Of a DNA stretch of 64,000 nucleotides, positions 13,373-27,510 are shown piece by piece. The stretch lies in NCBI GenBank assembly GCA_951406725.2, contig OX597823.1, positions 115,382,001 to 115,446,000 of the forward strand. Direction: 5' to 3'. Both the position numbers and the translations under genes were made by a program. Within the stretch, counting starts at the first letter, position 1; each line of letters begins with the position of its first letter. Source of the stretch: Octopus vulgaris. Taxonomy: Eukaryota. The notes beneath the pieces are model-generated. The model saw only the letters and a program-made list of their open reading frames with translations. It did no database searches and was not told the origin of the DNA.

Positions 13373-13773
13373 TCTTTATATATAAAAGTGAGGTTGTGTG
13401 CTGTCTGTCTCCTACGATTTAGATTCCTAACTACTCCCACATTTTGCAGGGCAGTTTAACCAAAACCGGGTATCTTATAGTTGTGATTCATATCGAGCCC
13501 TTCTGGGTATTAGCGCGCGTCTACGATGAGTCTACGATTTAAAAAAAAATTTACCATCAATTTTTCTCATTTTTAATGCATTTTTGGCATATATAAGGGA
13601 AGTAACTCTCTAAAATTTATTATTAAATCTCAGAACGTAAAAAGCTACAGTAACACCCCCCCCCCCGCTTTGTGGTTAGCCATATTGAGATGGCTATTAT
13701 ACTTTACATCTCTGAAAATGCTTATATAGTTATTTCCCTTACAAACCCGAGCAACGCCGGGCGATACTGCTAG
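13373..13773 (+). mobile_element. Non-autonomous Helitron
   Basis: 5' TC, 3' hairpin CCCGAGCAACGCCGGG followed by CTAG; inserted between A and T in (TA)n with no TSD. Confidence 0.85.
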
Positions 13774-13815
13774 TATATATATATATATATACACACACAT
13801 ATATACATATATATC

Positions 13816-13849
<34 letters not shown>

Positions 13850-14484
13850 GATTTTGAGAAACCCATTCAATGCTGTACAGCAGAGAGAACTGGGCATCGA
13901 ATGTAGAGGATTTGAGAAAACTGAAAGGAAATGAAACAAACATGCTCCACTGAACCATGGACAGCATGCATGTACAACTAAGTACAAATGTGTTGTGATA
14001 AAAGTAGGGCATACGATGCATCATATGGGGCTTGCAAGAAAGAAGGTTGCATTGCTATCATTAAGCGATGCATGAAGAAGTACTGATTGCCAAATGTGGA
14101 TGGAACCCGTGGAAGAAGACACAGGATGACATATGAAGAATAACCTCCTTCACAGAGATGACAAAGAATTGAGATGAGACCCCCTATCTAAGCAAAAATG
14201 AGGCCCTAAAAGCATATTGCTTACTATTATGCCCTTGCATCTAATTTGTCCCTGATGTATCTCTTCCCAACAATTCATATCATTTCTTCAGCCCCTCTTT
14301 CGACGAGGTCACTAATCCCTCAGCTGCACTAATTATCAGAAAAACTGTACGGATTTCATCCCCCTGTCATCCACGCTCTACTGAACAACTTCCTTTGTCT
14401 ACTATATTTGTAGTATCATCTCTTACCACCTTATTTTCCACTGAGTGCCCCTTTCATCTACCCTTTTCATGTACCCCTGTATAC

Positions 14485-15180
14485 CAGGGGTTCCCAACCT
14501 GGTCCATGTGGACCACTAAGTGGTCCACAGGAAAATCCAGGTGGTCCACGGGAAAATTCAGATGATCTGTGGAAAATTTTCTGTGGTCCACCTGAAGAAT
14601 TAAAATTTTTCCATAAACACACATGTCGTGCAAATGAAATATGCCTCTTTGGAAACTTCAAATTGAAGATCCTAACGTTCTGCAGTTCGCGAACTTAAAA
14701 ACTGTTGTGGTAAATAATGGCTTGCACAAATATATAATCGGGCATCTATCTTTCCTTCGCGAAAACTTCAATATACGTTTTGAAGATCTTTTGGCTTTAA
14801 ATATCCCAATTTTTGTGGACTCTCTTCACACAATGTCTATGAACGATATACTTGTTCAACCAGAATGTGTTCAGATGGAGCTACATGAGGCGACGGTAGA
14901 TGATAATCTGCGCAAATCGTCTGTAAACAACTGGGTCAAGGCTTGGTTGAATCATTCTCACGAATATCCAAAGCTAATTGAACAAGTCAAGCCTTTTATT
15001 ATAAATCTCCTGACATCCTACTTGTCTGAAAAGGGATTTTCCTTTGTCCTCCACACGTTCACGAAGTAGCAGAGGCATTTGAACCTCGATAACAATGCTG
15101 ATTAGAGAATTCGCTTGAGCCAAAAAGAGCCAAGGATTTCTCAGCTTGTGGATAAAAAGCAAGCCCAAGGGTCTCACTGA
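14485..15180 (+). mobile_element. hAT (Charlie/Buster-like) transposon relic: left end plus transposase C-terminus
   Basis: Starts CAGGGGTTCCCAACCT with subterminal GGTCCAC repeats; ORF with YPKL...TSYLSEKGFS...RIRLSQKEPRISQLVDKKQAQGSH* (hAT dimerisation domain). Confidence 0.85.
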
Positions 15181-15626
15181 AAGTTTCTTGATGTTTTTTC
15201 CTGATGTTTTTTCTTGATGTTTTTTCAGTGACATTTTTAAGTTAATTCAATTTCCCTCAAACATTACACTCATGTTTTCTCCACTTTTCTCCACCTTAAA
15301 ACTGATATTCCTGACTGACCACTCACGTTCATAATTTTTTAATTTGATTTCTCTGACCTGCTACAGTTAAACAAAACATTAAAAGCCTGAATATCTCCAG
15401 TCTTGGAGAGTCACCAAAGGACATGGATATTGTCCCTTCCTTTAGACTCAAGAAGTAAAATAATTATAAATAGGCATGGCTTGATGGTAAGAAGCTTGCT
15501 TCCCAACCACATGGTTCCAGGTTCAGTCACACTGCATGGCACCTTGGGCAAGTGCCTTCTGCTATAGCCTCAGACCAACAAAAGCCTTGTGAGTGAATTT
15601 GGTAGATGGAAACTGAAAGAAGCTTG

Positions 15627-15675
<49 letters not shown>

Positions 15676-16641
15676 CAACAATTGAGGGTAAAATTAATTA
15701 ATTAATCAATTTCACCAAGTATTCAGTATGCAAAGGGACCATTTAAGGCGAGTTCAATATTCGTGTCTGTTTTGTTCCCCCCACCACCACCACCACCACT
15801 TGACGACCAGTGTTGGTGTGTTTACATCCCTGTTTCTTGGCAGTTCAGAGAGGAAGACCAGTAGAGTAAGTACCAGGTCTAAAAAAAAAATAATAAGACC
15901 TGGGGTCGATTTGTTTGACTAAAACCCTTCCAGGCAGTGCCCCAGCATGGCCACAGTCAAATGACTGAAACAAGTAAAAGATATGCATATCATACACATA
16001 TGTGTGTGTTAGTATCATTATTTAGTCTGTGTCTCCCATGCTAGCTTGAGTTGAATAGACTGCACCAAGTACCAATGTCTGCTTTAGCAATATCAGTACA
16101 GCTGAAAGCCCTTCCTAATGCCAATCCCTTTAAGAAATATACTAGTTGCTTTTTTTTCTTTTTGTTTTTGTTTCTAATACAGGCACAAGTACAAGTGAGG
16201 TCACCAAGTAATTTTCAAGACAAAGAACATGAAGAACAAACCTCCTCAAATGAGTGAGAGGGGTGGAGGTTATGCCAGGTGTTCATTCAGGCACAGGTGT
16301 CTGGCTATGGAAAAGATACATAGCTGCTGCTGATGATGTATGTATGGCAGCAGTAGTAGAATTGAGGTAGAGGTTGAGGAAGGGATATATATAGAAGAAC
16401 AAGACAAAAAAAGAGAGAATGGAAAATGTGTAAATGAGAAAGGAGTAGCTACAATAGCAATATAGCAGTCAGTCAATCAAAAGACAATAAGGCAATTTAG
16501 AAGGATGTGGGTAGCCATCAAATGCCAAAGAAAAATAAAAGCAATTAGAAGAAAAGATTGGAAAGGTCTTCTGCTAAGTGAAGCTGCCAAGATGCTAAAA
16601 ATTATCCAAGTGTGCAAAGGTGTGACCATCTCAATAGAACT

Positions 16642-16871
16642 TTAGCCCTTTGGCATTCAGGTTACTCTGTCAAATTTGATGCTGATTTATTCACATCGTT
16701 TTGAATTAAATCATACATTATCATATAACTTTGAGATTTCAATGCTGTGGTTATCTATTATTAGAATGCTATTGTAGAGTAAGTGTGAGAGGCCAGATCT
16801 GGCCAGTTTGAATGTAAATAAGTACAACATTCGGGCCTGATAAGACCAGGTTTAAATGCTTAAGGGGTTAA
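16642..16871. mobile_element. piggyBac-like MITE (degenerate)
   Basis: TTAG-CCCTTTGGCATT ... AATGCTTAAGGGG-TTAA termini. Confidence 0.6.
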
Positions 16872-17057
16872 GAAGAGGATGTAAAAACAGATGATAGCAA
16901 ATGATGATAAAGTTAGGAAGCGGGTAAATTAATGGATAGAGGACTATTTAACAAATTAACAATTACATAAACAATAATAATGACAGAGGCAGTATTAATA
17001 TTACAAGGTAACATTTATCTCCCACTTGGATGTTGTGTTAAAACAAGGAGAACAATG

Positions 17058-17437
17058 GGATTTGTTTCGGTTTGAACGGCAGTTTTTAACATAATTTCTA
17101 GGTAACTAAAAAATTTTAAACTTCGTATGCTGCTAGAATGTGTTTATAAAACATTTTTTTCTCTTGGCTTTATTGAGAAAATTCTATAGTTTGTAAGAGA
17201 TTTGTTGTTGTTTTTCTTCAATTTCTGCAATTTCAACCAATCAATGACCGTCTATTGAGGTGAAAACATTCTGTGCCGTATGAATATGTCCCTTGTTTAA
17301 GAAACAGATTGGGTTTATTTACACCCCTAACCCTAAAACAGATTGACATGCAATAGATCGATACTAGGGTCATAATTATGGGTGACAATTTCATATGACA
17401 CCACTAGAAAAAACTGCCGTTCAAACCGAAAAGATCC
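17058..17437. mobile_element. MITE with ~30-bp TIRs and internal CCCTAA repeats
   Basis: TTCGGTTTGAACGGCAGTTTTT / AAAAACTGCCGTTCAAACCGAA; partial copy at 61288-61445. Confidence 0.8.
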
Positions 17438-17662
17438 AGAATTTCCTCTTAAAATTTCAAAATAATATTTTAATACAGATACTGCATCTTGGCACAGCTA
17501 TTAAAATGGCTAGGCAATATCTTAAGGAATGTTATTGTTCTTAAGATAGTGTATATGATTAGATTAGCTAATGAGGCAGAGGCTTTGTGTTCAGCAGAAG
17601 AAAAATGAAATAATGCAGGACCAAATTCATTTCAAAGTTGACAAAAGACCCTAATATATATA

Positions 17663-17712
<50 letters not shown>

Positions 17713-19441
17713 TATATATACATATTAGTTATATAAATGTATATACATAAATACATATATGAATGCATATATACATTTGTGTTTATATATATGCATATAC
17801 ACAGTATATATACATGCACACATACATATATACACAGTTTATACAATCTATATGTACACACAGTTCTATATATTTACACACACATGCACATAGCTGTGTT
17901 ATGCAAGTATATATAACTTGATAGCATGTACTATGCCTTCACTAATCACTTTGGTTCACATGATTAAAATTCAATTATATAATGAAAGGACTCAAAATTA
18001 GATACTTTAATAAACAGAAGATAAGAATAGTCGAAATCTGAGATGATTATTCAATTCTTTGCCTCTGTAGCCTAAAACAATACCACAAGATGTAGGAATG
18101 AACATCAAAACATTTTCTGTGCAATTAAAATAGATACTAAATAGAAAGCAATGACAACTGTTGAAATAATACTTTAGTGTTCAGTGGTGATGGTAGCCTT
18201 TGACTTATAGGACCGTGGATATTTCTCTTCCACACAAATACACTTGACTTGCTAACATATATACATAATCCTTTAACATATTTGCATTTTTCTACACATA
18301 GTCAAACAACTACCTCTTATTTTTCACATAAATACCTACCCACATGCATACATCTCTTCACATAAATATAAGCCAGTAAAGAAATCTAAGTAGTTTACAA
18401 CATGCTAGAAACAGACAGGTTGCTGGTACCTCTAAAAATGTAGAGACATGCTGGATAAATGTAATTCTATGAAGGAAAAGGCGATCACAGCTGGAACACC
18501 TATGAATTTTGATCTGTTTGATCAGGAACGGCCCGGGGCTAAACGGCATTATGCAGATGTAGCGCTTCTCTTCAAGCATGTACACAGACATATACACACT
18601 TGTGACATTTGCTGCTAATGCACACACATGTTCACATACACACAGCACAGCAACTCTACTACACAAACACGAATATACTGAGATGCTGCTTGCCACACGC
18701 AGACCAATCTGTGACACTACTCACACTCAGCCCATATCTCATTCCACATACGAATCCATATGTGGGCCACACACCGACAAATAACCCCATAACAAATCGA
18801 GGACAACTTGTCTATGAAATTATCAGTCTTGCTAGAAATACCAGCCAAATTCTCTCAAATAACAAGTGGAAGGACACAAAAAGTAATGTAGTCCTAAGTG
18901 TGCTATACTTTAGATAGAAGAAGAAAAAGGTGTGATCATGACTAGAACAATTTTTTTTGTCATATCTGCTCAACCAGGCCTGACCTGGGGTTAAACAATA
19001 CAACATCCATATTTAAAATCATGGACATACATACTCGTGACTCAGCAGACACACACACACGCACACACTTGTGGCTATATACACACACATCTGTGGCTAT
19101 TCTCCCTCTCTCTCTCTCACACACACGCATCTGCAACAAACACTTGCACACACCTGTGACTGCATGCACAAATACAAATGAGACTACAGTCACACACACA
19201 CACACACACATCTGTATGACAAGCAGGTACACAATCTGTGACTACATACAATACTGAATACACACACACACACACATCTGTCACTATATAAACACACACA
19301 CACACACACATCTGTCACTATATAAACACACACACAGTCTATGACTGTCGACGTGCATACATTCGTGACTATGGACATGCAGACAACTGTAACTATGCAC
19401 ATATCTGTAACAATACACACATACACATCTGTGACAATGCA

Positions 19442-19473
<32 letters not shown>

Positions 19474-19581
19474 GGCACATATCTGTGACTATGCATTTAT
19501 ACATGTGGCTATGCATGAAACACTTAAAAGAACAACTAACAAACAGATGTCTGATTCCATCTACACAGATGCTAATCTGTG

Positions 19582-19631
<50 letters not shown>

Positions 19632-19952
19632 GAAATTCATACTTCTTCCTCTCTCTCTCTATACATAAGCGCACGACTAGAGATATCCTCTGCAGAGGAT
19701 GACTCAATACCGACATACAACTTAACAACCCACTGCACAAACCTAAACACTTTCTATGGTCGTGCCTATGCAAATATACTTTCTCTATCTGTGTACTTAT
19801 CATATTCCATGCAGACACAGCCATGCCCATCACCATTGAAATAGATGAAAAACAAGCATATCTTTTCCTCTGTGAGTGCACAAGGACCCATAAACACATA
19901 TTTCAAACTCCACATACACACACATATCACCATCATTTAAAATTTGTTGTCC

Positions 19953-20006
<54 letters not shown>

Positions 20007-20046
20007 TCATCATCATCGTTTAACGTCCGCTTTCCATGCTAGCATG

Positions 20047-20095
<49 letters not shown>

Positions 20096-20135
20096 TCATC
20101 ATCATCGTTTAACGTCCGCTTTCCATGCTAGCATG

Positions 20136-20191
<56 letters not shown>

Positions 20192-20256
20192 GGTCCCGGG
20201 TTGAGTCGGGGTTAACCACAGGAAATAAGGTACTCAATACATAGCAGAGTAAATTA

Positions 20257-20333
20257 ATTTATTTTATAGAAGGAGCTTCTACAGCTTCTTTTGAATGAAA
20301 CAGTTCTAGTCCTGTAGAAGCTCCTTCTATAAA

Positions 20334-20339
<6 letters not shown>
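20257..20339. repeat. Perfect 28-bp inverted repeat (probable inverted PLE end junction)
   Basis: 20257-20284 is the exact reverse complement of 20312-20339; the loop holds GAAAC-AGTTCTA-GTC. Confidence 0.85.
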
Positions 20340-20427
<88 letters not shown>

Positions 20428-20606
20428 ATATATATATGTATGTATATATACATATATATATATACATACATACATATATGTACATATGTATATATACATA
20501 CATATATATACATATGTATATATACATACATATATATATATATATACATACATATATATGTATGTATATATATATATATGTATATGTATGTGTGTGTGTG
20601 TATATA

Positions 20607-20668
<62 letters not shown>

Positions 20669-21537
20669 CATACATATATATATACATACATGCTTACATC
20701 TGTTCCCACATAGGTTTACATATAGCTACCTCTAACCTGATAAACACACACACATGCATTTCTCTCCACATCTGCAGACACACACACACGCGCGCACACA
20801 AACTATTTCTCTCTACATACACAAATAGATGTCTCTTTTACACTGCATGCAGACACACAAACAGATGCCTAACCCAGCCTGCTCATGCGGAAACACACAC
20901 ACACACAAAACTACTTAGAATCTCCACACAAAAGTCAATTATTATTTCTACCTATGTCTAAGTAGAGATAAATAGCCTTCAATATCACAAGAGCTAATAT
21001 AAATGTTGGTTGGTTGGTTGGTATTCCTACTCACACTTCACATTATATAGACAGAGAGGGAGAGAGAAAGAGTAAAAGGGAGATACAGAGGGAACATGAG
21101 TTGTAGGATGAGAGCACATATTATGTTTGGTGACAGGCAATGAGTAAAGGAAGGTTCACACACACAAACACAGTGAGAAAGAAACAATCATAGACACAGA
21201 GAAGTGTGAGCATAGGGAAGAGAAATTAGAGGAAGAGAGGGAGTAATGACCTAATAGTTGAGGAATGATAAATTTTCAGTAATTAGGTTGTTCCATTTTG
21301 AAGATATATAATTCGCAAAATCAGCATTAATTTCATTATTCTGCATCAGCAATAGGCAATTTCATAAGAGATGAGTTACCAGCTTTTTCTATGTATGCAG
21401 AGAGTGGACTTCCAAAGTTACCAGTCATATGACAAATAAAACTCTGGAATAAAATATCTGTATTTATCTCTCTATGCCTGATAGCATGGAAAGCGGACGT
21501 TAAATGATGACGATGATGATGATGATTATATATATAT

Positions 21538-21850
21538 GTGGAGGTGCAATGGCCCAGTGGTTAGGGCAGTGGACTCGCAGTCGTAGGATCGTGGTTTCGA
21601 TTCCCAGACCGGGCGTTTATTGAGTGTTTATTGAGCGAAAACACCTAAAGCTCCACGTGGCTCTGGCAGGGGATGGTGGCAATCCCTGCTGTACTCTTTC
21701 ACTGCAACTTTCTCTCATTCTTTCTTCCGTTGGCCTGCTCGCTTAACCAGCGGGGTGGCGTCATTTGAAGGCTAAAACAATGTGAAGTGCATTGTGACCA
21801 GCGATGTGTAGCAACATCTGATAGCCTGGTCGGTCATGTGATCACGTGAT
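21538..21850 (+). mobile_element. tRNA-derived SINE (second head family)
   Basis: A box TGGCCCAGTGG, B box GTTTCGATTCC. Copy at 59630-59935; related heads at 40195-40485 (-), 52638-52797 and 60418-60630. Confidence 0.85.
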
Positions 21851-21887
21851 ATATATATATGTATATGCGTATATATATATATATATA

Positions 21888-22275
21888 TCTTTATATATAA
21901 AAGTGAGGTTGTGTGCTGTCTGTCTCCTACGATTTAGATTCCTAACTACTCCCACATTTTGTGGTGCAGTTTAACCAAAACCGGGTATCTTATAGTCATG
22001 ATTCATATCGAGCCCTTCTGGGTATTAGCATGCGTCTACGATGAGTCTACGATTTTAAAAATTTACCATCAATTTTTTCCATTTGAATGCATTTTTGGCA
22101 TATATAAGGGAAGTAACTCTCTAAAGATTTATTAAATCTCAGAACGTAAAAAGCTACAGTAACATCCCCCTTTGTAGTTAGCCATATTGAGATGGCTATT
22201 ATACTTTACATCTCTAAAAATGCTTATATAGTTATTTCCCTTACAAACCCAAGCAACGCCGGGCGATACTGCTAG
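21888..22275 (+). mobile_element. Non-autonomous Helitron, second copy
   Basis: Highly similar to 13373-13773, with the same TC...CTAG termini in (TA)n. Confidence 0.85.
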
Positions 22276-22720
22276 TATATATATATATATTTACAGGGTG
22301 CAGATAATTTACCTTTACAATTTGAAAAATTCAAAAAGAGAAAAGAAATGAGAGCAGTTTACATGCAATCAATGGGGCTTGAAAGAGTTCTGATGTTTCT
22401 AATATAAGTTTGTTTACCTATGTTTTTCAATAAACTCTGCTGAGTTAAACACATACATTTTTTTTCTATGAATGAACACCTCTTATGGAGAGAGAGAGAA
22501 TACATATATACGCAGGCACAAATATACAGACATAAATATAGGTATTTAAAAAAATACTCAGATTTATATGAAGACAGTCATACAGGAAGATAGATGGACA
22601 AATATATACAAAAATATAAACATATACTTAGACAGACAGACAGATAAAACATATATATAAATAGATGTATAGGAAAAAAGAGAAATATATACAAAGGAGA
22701 TAGATACATGCATAGTAAAT

Positions 22721-22776
<56 letters not shown>

Positions 22777-23116
22777 CGACCTGCTGTGCGTGAGGAGACC
22801 TATTGAGTCAAGTACATCAACATCAAAATAAAAATCAAATGGAAATTGTACTTGTAATATCTGTGCTGGTGGCACGTAAAAAGCACCAACCAATCATGGC
22901 CATTGCCAGCCTCCCCTGGCCCCTATGCCGGTGGCAAGTAAAAAGCACCCACTACACTCACAGAGTGGTTGGTGTTAGGAAGGGCATCCAGCAGTAGAAA
23001 CACTGCCAGATCAGACTGGAGCCTGGTGCAGCCTCCTGGCTTCCCAGAGTCTGGTTGAACTGTCCAACCCATGCAGATGGAAAATGGACGTTAAACGATG
23101 ATGATGCTGGTGATAT

Positions 23117-23326
23117 TTTATTAAAAACCAGAAAAAAGTATCACAAAAACTGATACTCAGAGTTTCATGTTCCTGTAAAACAAAACTGTCCGATGAACGG
23201 GAACGTGAAACTCTGAATAACAGTTTCCGTGATATTTTTGCTGCTTTATAATAATGCATATTACTCTACCTCTGGTATTCAAGTACTATTTTATCCTCCT
23301 TGTTTTACATTTATGTGCTTACTCTG

Positions 23327-23330
<4 letters not shown>
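23117..23330 (+). mobile_element. PLE-like end with inverted duplication and minimal hammerhead motif
   Basis: 23117-23176 is an imperfect reverse complement of 23197-23253; hammerhead-like motif at 23184-23225. Confidence 0.65.
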
Positions 23331-23367
<37 letters not shown>

Positions 23368-24981
23368 CATACATATATATACACACAGAGAGTGTGTATT
23401 AAAAATATATATCAAAAGCTATATTCATACACAAAAACACACATGTATATAGAGATGTATACCCATCTGTATAGAGAGAGACACCAATGCACAATAGGTA
23501 TGTGTGTATATATATATATATAGATGTGTGTGTGTGTGCATATACACATACAAAAATGCACATACATATATGAATATACATATGCACATGTATGCACATA
23601 TGTGTATGTATATATATGTATATATATATATATATACTGTGGCCTATGCCAGTGGTGTAACCAGCCCACTTATGCATACCTTTCTTTCACTGGACACTAA
23701 ATTCTGCTTGCAAAGACCTGTTGAGACAAGAGAAATCAAAATCAAATTCGCTGACATGGCTGATAACAGCAACGCATGACTGGCATCCATGTTAGTGGAA
23801 GGCTAAGAGCACCATCCAAGCGTGATCATTGCCAGGGCCGCTGAGTGGCTCACGTGCCATTGGCACGTAAAAGGTACTATTCAAGTGTGATCGTTAGCAG
23901 TGTTGCCGTACTGGCACTTGTGCCCGTGGCATGTGGAAAAACAACATTCGAGTGAGGTCGTTGCCAGCACCTCCTGTGCAGGTGGCATGTAAAAGACACC
24001 ATTTGAGCATGGCCGTTGTCAATACCGCCTGACTGGCCCTCGTGGCAGTGGCACTTTAAAAACACCCACCACACTCTCAGAGCGGTTGGCATTAGGAAGG
24101 GCATCAAGCTGTAGAAACTCTGCCAGATCAGATTGGAGTCTGGTGCAGCTATCTGGCTCGCCAGTCCTCAGTCAAACTGTCCAACTTATACCAGCATGGA
24201 AAGTGAATGTTAAACGATGGTGAGGATGATGATATACATATATATATATATATATTATACACACACACACACATACACATCATCATCATCATCGTTTAAC
24301 GTCTGCTTTCCATGCTAGCATGGGTTGGACGATTTTGACTGAGGGCTGGCGAACCAGATGGTTGCACCAGGCGCCAATTTTGATTTGGCAGAGTTTCTAC
24401 AGCTAAATGCCCTTACATATATACTTATATTCTTTCAAATGTGGCAGCCTTAAGGCAGAGGCCATGATGGAGCAAATAGTTTGCCCATTGTGCTGGTCAA
24501 TAAGAAATAATATAAATATATAAAGAAATAAAAAATATATATAAACATATTTTGGGTTCTACTTTACCTGTTTACATTACCAAACATATACATATTTTTT
24601 TTTAATCTTTCAGTCATTAGACTGTAACCATGCCAGGGCACGTAGAAAGCAGGCACGTAAAAAGCACCCACTACACTCACGGAGTGGTTGGCGCTAGGAA
24701 GGGCATCCAGCCGTAGAAACACTGCCAGATCAGACTAGGCCTGATGAAGCCTTCTGGCTTCACAGACCCCAGTTGAACCGTCCAACCCATGCTAGCATGG
24801 AAAATGGACGCTAAACGATGATGATGATGATATATATATATATATATATATATGCATACATACATATATGTAAATATATTTACACATAAATACACATATA
24901 TAAATATATAAACACACACACATATATTTATATATATATATATACACACACACACACTTATATGCACATATACATATATAT

Positions 24982-25012
<31 letters not shown>

Positions 25013-25110
25013 CATGTATACATATATATACATATATTCATATATCTATATACATACACGTGTATATAAATATATATATACATATAAACATATACGTATA
25101 TATACATATA

Positions 25111-25148
<38 letters not shown>

Positions 25149-25388
25149 TACACATTAATACATATATATACATATATACATACACATATATATATATATA
25201 CATATACACATATATACATATATGTGTATATGTTTTTGCCGAAGGTGCAAAACAGTGGGACTGAACCCACAAGCATAGGGTTGTTAAGCAAGCAACTTAC
25301 CAAACAGCCACATCTTCGCCTAGATATATACACACATATATAGACATATACACTCATATATATATATCCATGTATGCAAATATATATG

Positions 25389-25437
<49 letters not shown>

Positions 25438-25489
25438 ATATATACATACAAACATATATATATATTTATCTATATATACATACCTATAT

Positions 25490-25920
25490 ATATATCTGCA
25501 ACACTGTATATAAATTCGCTACTTGGACTGACCAAGTTTAATAACTGTTGGATATCACTCATATAAGGGAATCTTACATTGTGTATAAACTCTATATTTA
25601 GAAGGACCCATTTTAAACTCTGTTGGACATTTGAACTTTACTCATAGGGTACTGGAATATTACATTTATACTATTCTGCCTAAAAATGGATTTACAACTT
25701 CAATACCCACACATATCTTGCATCTATTTTCTTTCCTCCACCTCACTCTATTTCGTATCACATCTAAACTAACTATGACTTAACCATCCTCTCGCACCGT
25801 CTCCGATTGAAGGGATATAATTAATAAATAACCTGGAAACAGCTGTAAGACCTTCTATCTATATATGTTCTAATATCTATACAACCTTGGTTTTTTATCT
25901 CATTACGCAAAAAATTCTTA
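25490..25920 (+). mobile_element. PLE-like terminal repeat (family A)
   Basis: Similar to the reverse complement of 61968-62400; carries GAAACAGCTGTA hammerhead motif at 25799-25851. Confidence 0.7.
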
Positions 25921-27004
25921 TATATATCTATACATATATGCATGTATATATACATCTATATATACGTACATATACATATATCTATACATATATATCGATA
26001 TATACGTAAATATAAACATACACATATAAATACATACATACATATATACACACACATATATATAGATATATGTATATATACATATACACATGCATATATA
26101 TACATATAGAGATATATGTATACATGCATATCTATTATTCTTTCCTTCTTTCTATCAGCCCCTTCACACTTCGTTCTTCCGTTCTCCCTCTCACATTTCC
26201 TGGTCTTCTCTTCATGCTCACCTTACCTCCTCCTTCACTTCATTCTGTCCCTTTCATTTTTAATTCTTCTATCCCTCTGCCTCCACATCTCTCTCTTCCC
26301 TCCCCACGTGACCAGTGTTTGGCCAAGCCTGACCTTCGTTCTTGGTTCCACTACCATGCCTGCAACACCTGTATTCCTCCCTATGCTTGTCAAATATTAT
26401 GTCCCTACCATAAGGCTTTACTCCTACACACACCAGCTTAATTTAGTTCCTCCTTAGTCGAAAGACACCCATTCTTAATGTCCTCTAATTTGTATTTGTG
26501 TACCATTTCTCCATTTTTCTGTAATTGTTTTCGTATACATTCGCTGCTCTCTTCCAAGGAATCTAGTGCTCTGACCATAGATTTTCCTTCGTGCTGGCCA
26601 TATACATATATATGCGTACATATACACATACATATATACATATACATGTATATATATATATGTATATATATATACACACACACACATATATATATATACA
26701 AAATATGTATATATGTATATGTGTATATATATATATACATATGTATATATCTCAATATGTATAAATATATGTATATATATGTATTTATATGTATGTATAT
26801 ATATGTGTATATATGTATATACATATATATATGTGTGTATATATGTGTGTGTATGTATATATGTATACATGTATGTATATAAATATATATACGTATATAT
26901 GTAATGTATATATATATGTATGTATATATATATATATATATATATACGTATGCACATATATATGCATATATATACATACATATATATACATAAGTATATA
27001 TACA

Positions 27005-27037
<33 letters not shown>

Positions 27038-27106
27038 CACACACACATCTGTATATACATAAACATGAATATATAAATACATAAGTATATATATATATAT
27101 ATATAT

Positions 27107-27357
27107 GCATATATACATTCATATATATATATATATATATATATGCATATATACATTCATATATATATATATATATATATGCATATATACATTCATATAT
27201 ATATATATATATATATATGCATATATACATTCATATATATATATATATATATGCATATATACATTCATATATATATATATATGCATATATACATTCATAT
27301 ATATATATATATATATGCATATATACATTCATATATATATATATATGCATATATACA

Positions 27358-27399
<42 letters not shown>

Positions 27400-27407
27400 T
27401 ATATACA

Positions 27408-27420
<13 letters not shown>
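27107..27420. repeat. Minisatellite GCATATATACATTC(AT)n, about 10 units
   Basis: Direct inspection. Confidence 0.9.
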
Positions 27421-27451
<31 letters not shown>

Positions 27452-27510
27452 TCCATATATTTATACATTTATTTTATTTATATATACACACATCTTTATA
27501 TACATATAAA

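Noticed and set aside
17324-17336. CCCTAA telomere-like repeats (also about 52856-52890)
   Set aside because: Only 2-5 degenerate units internal to transposon-like elements; not a telomere or fusion site.
26438-26600. Protein-like - strand frame [17 protein letters not shown]...
   Set aside because: Homologous to the repeat at 61880-61960; not a host exon.
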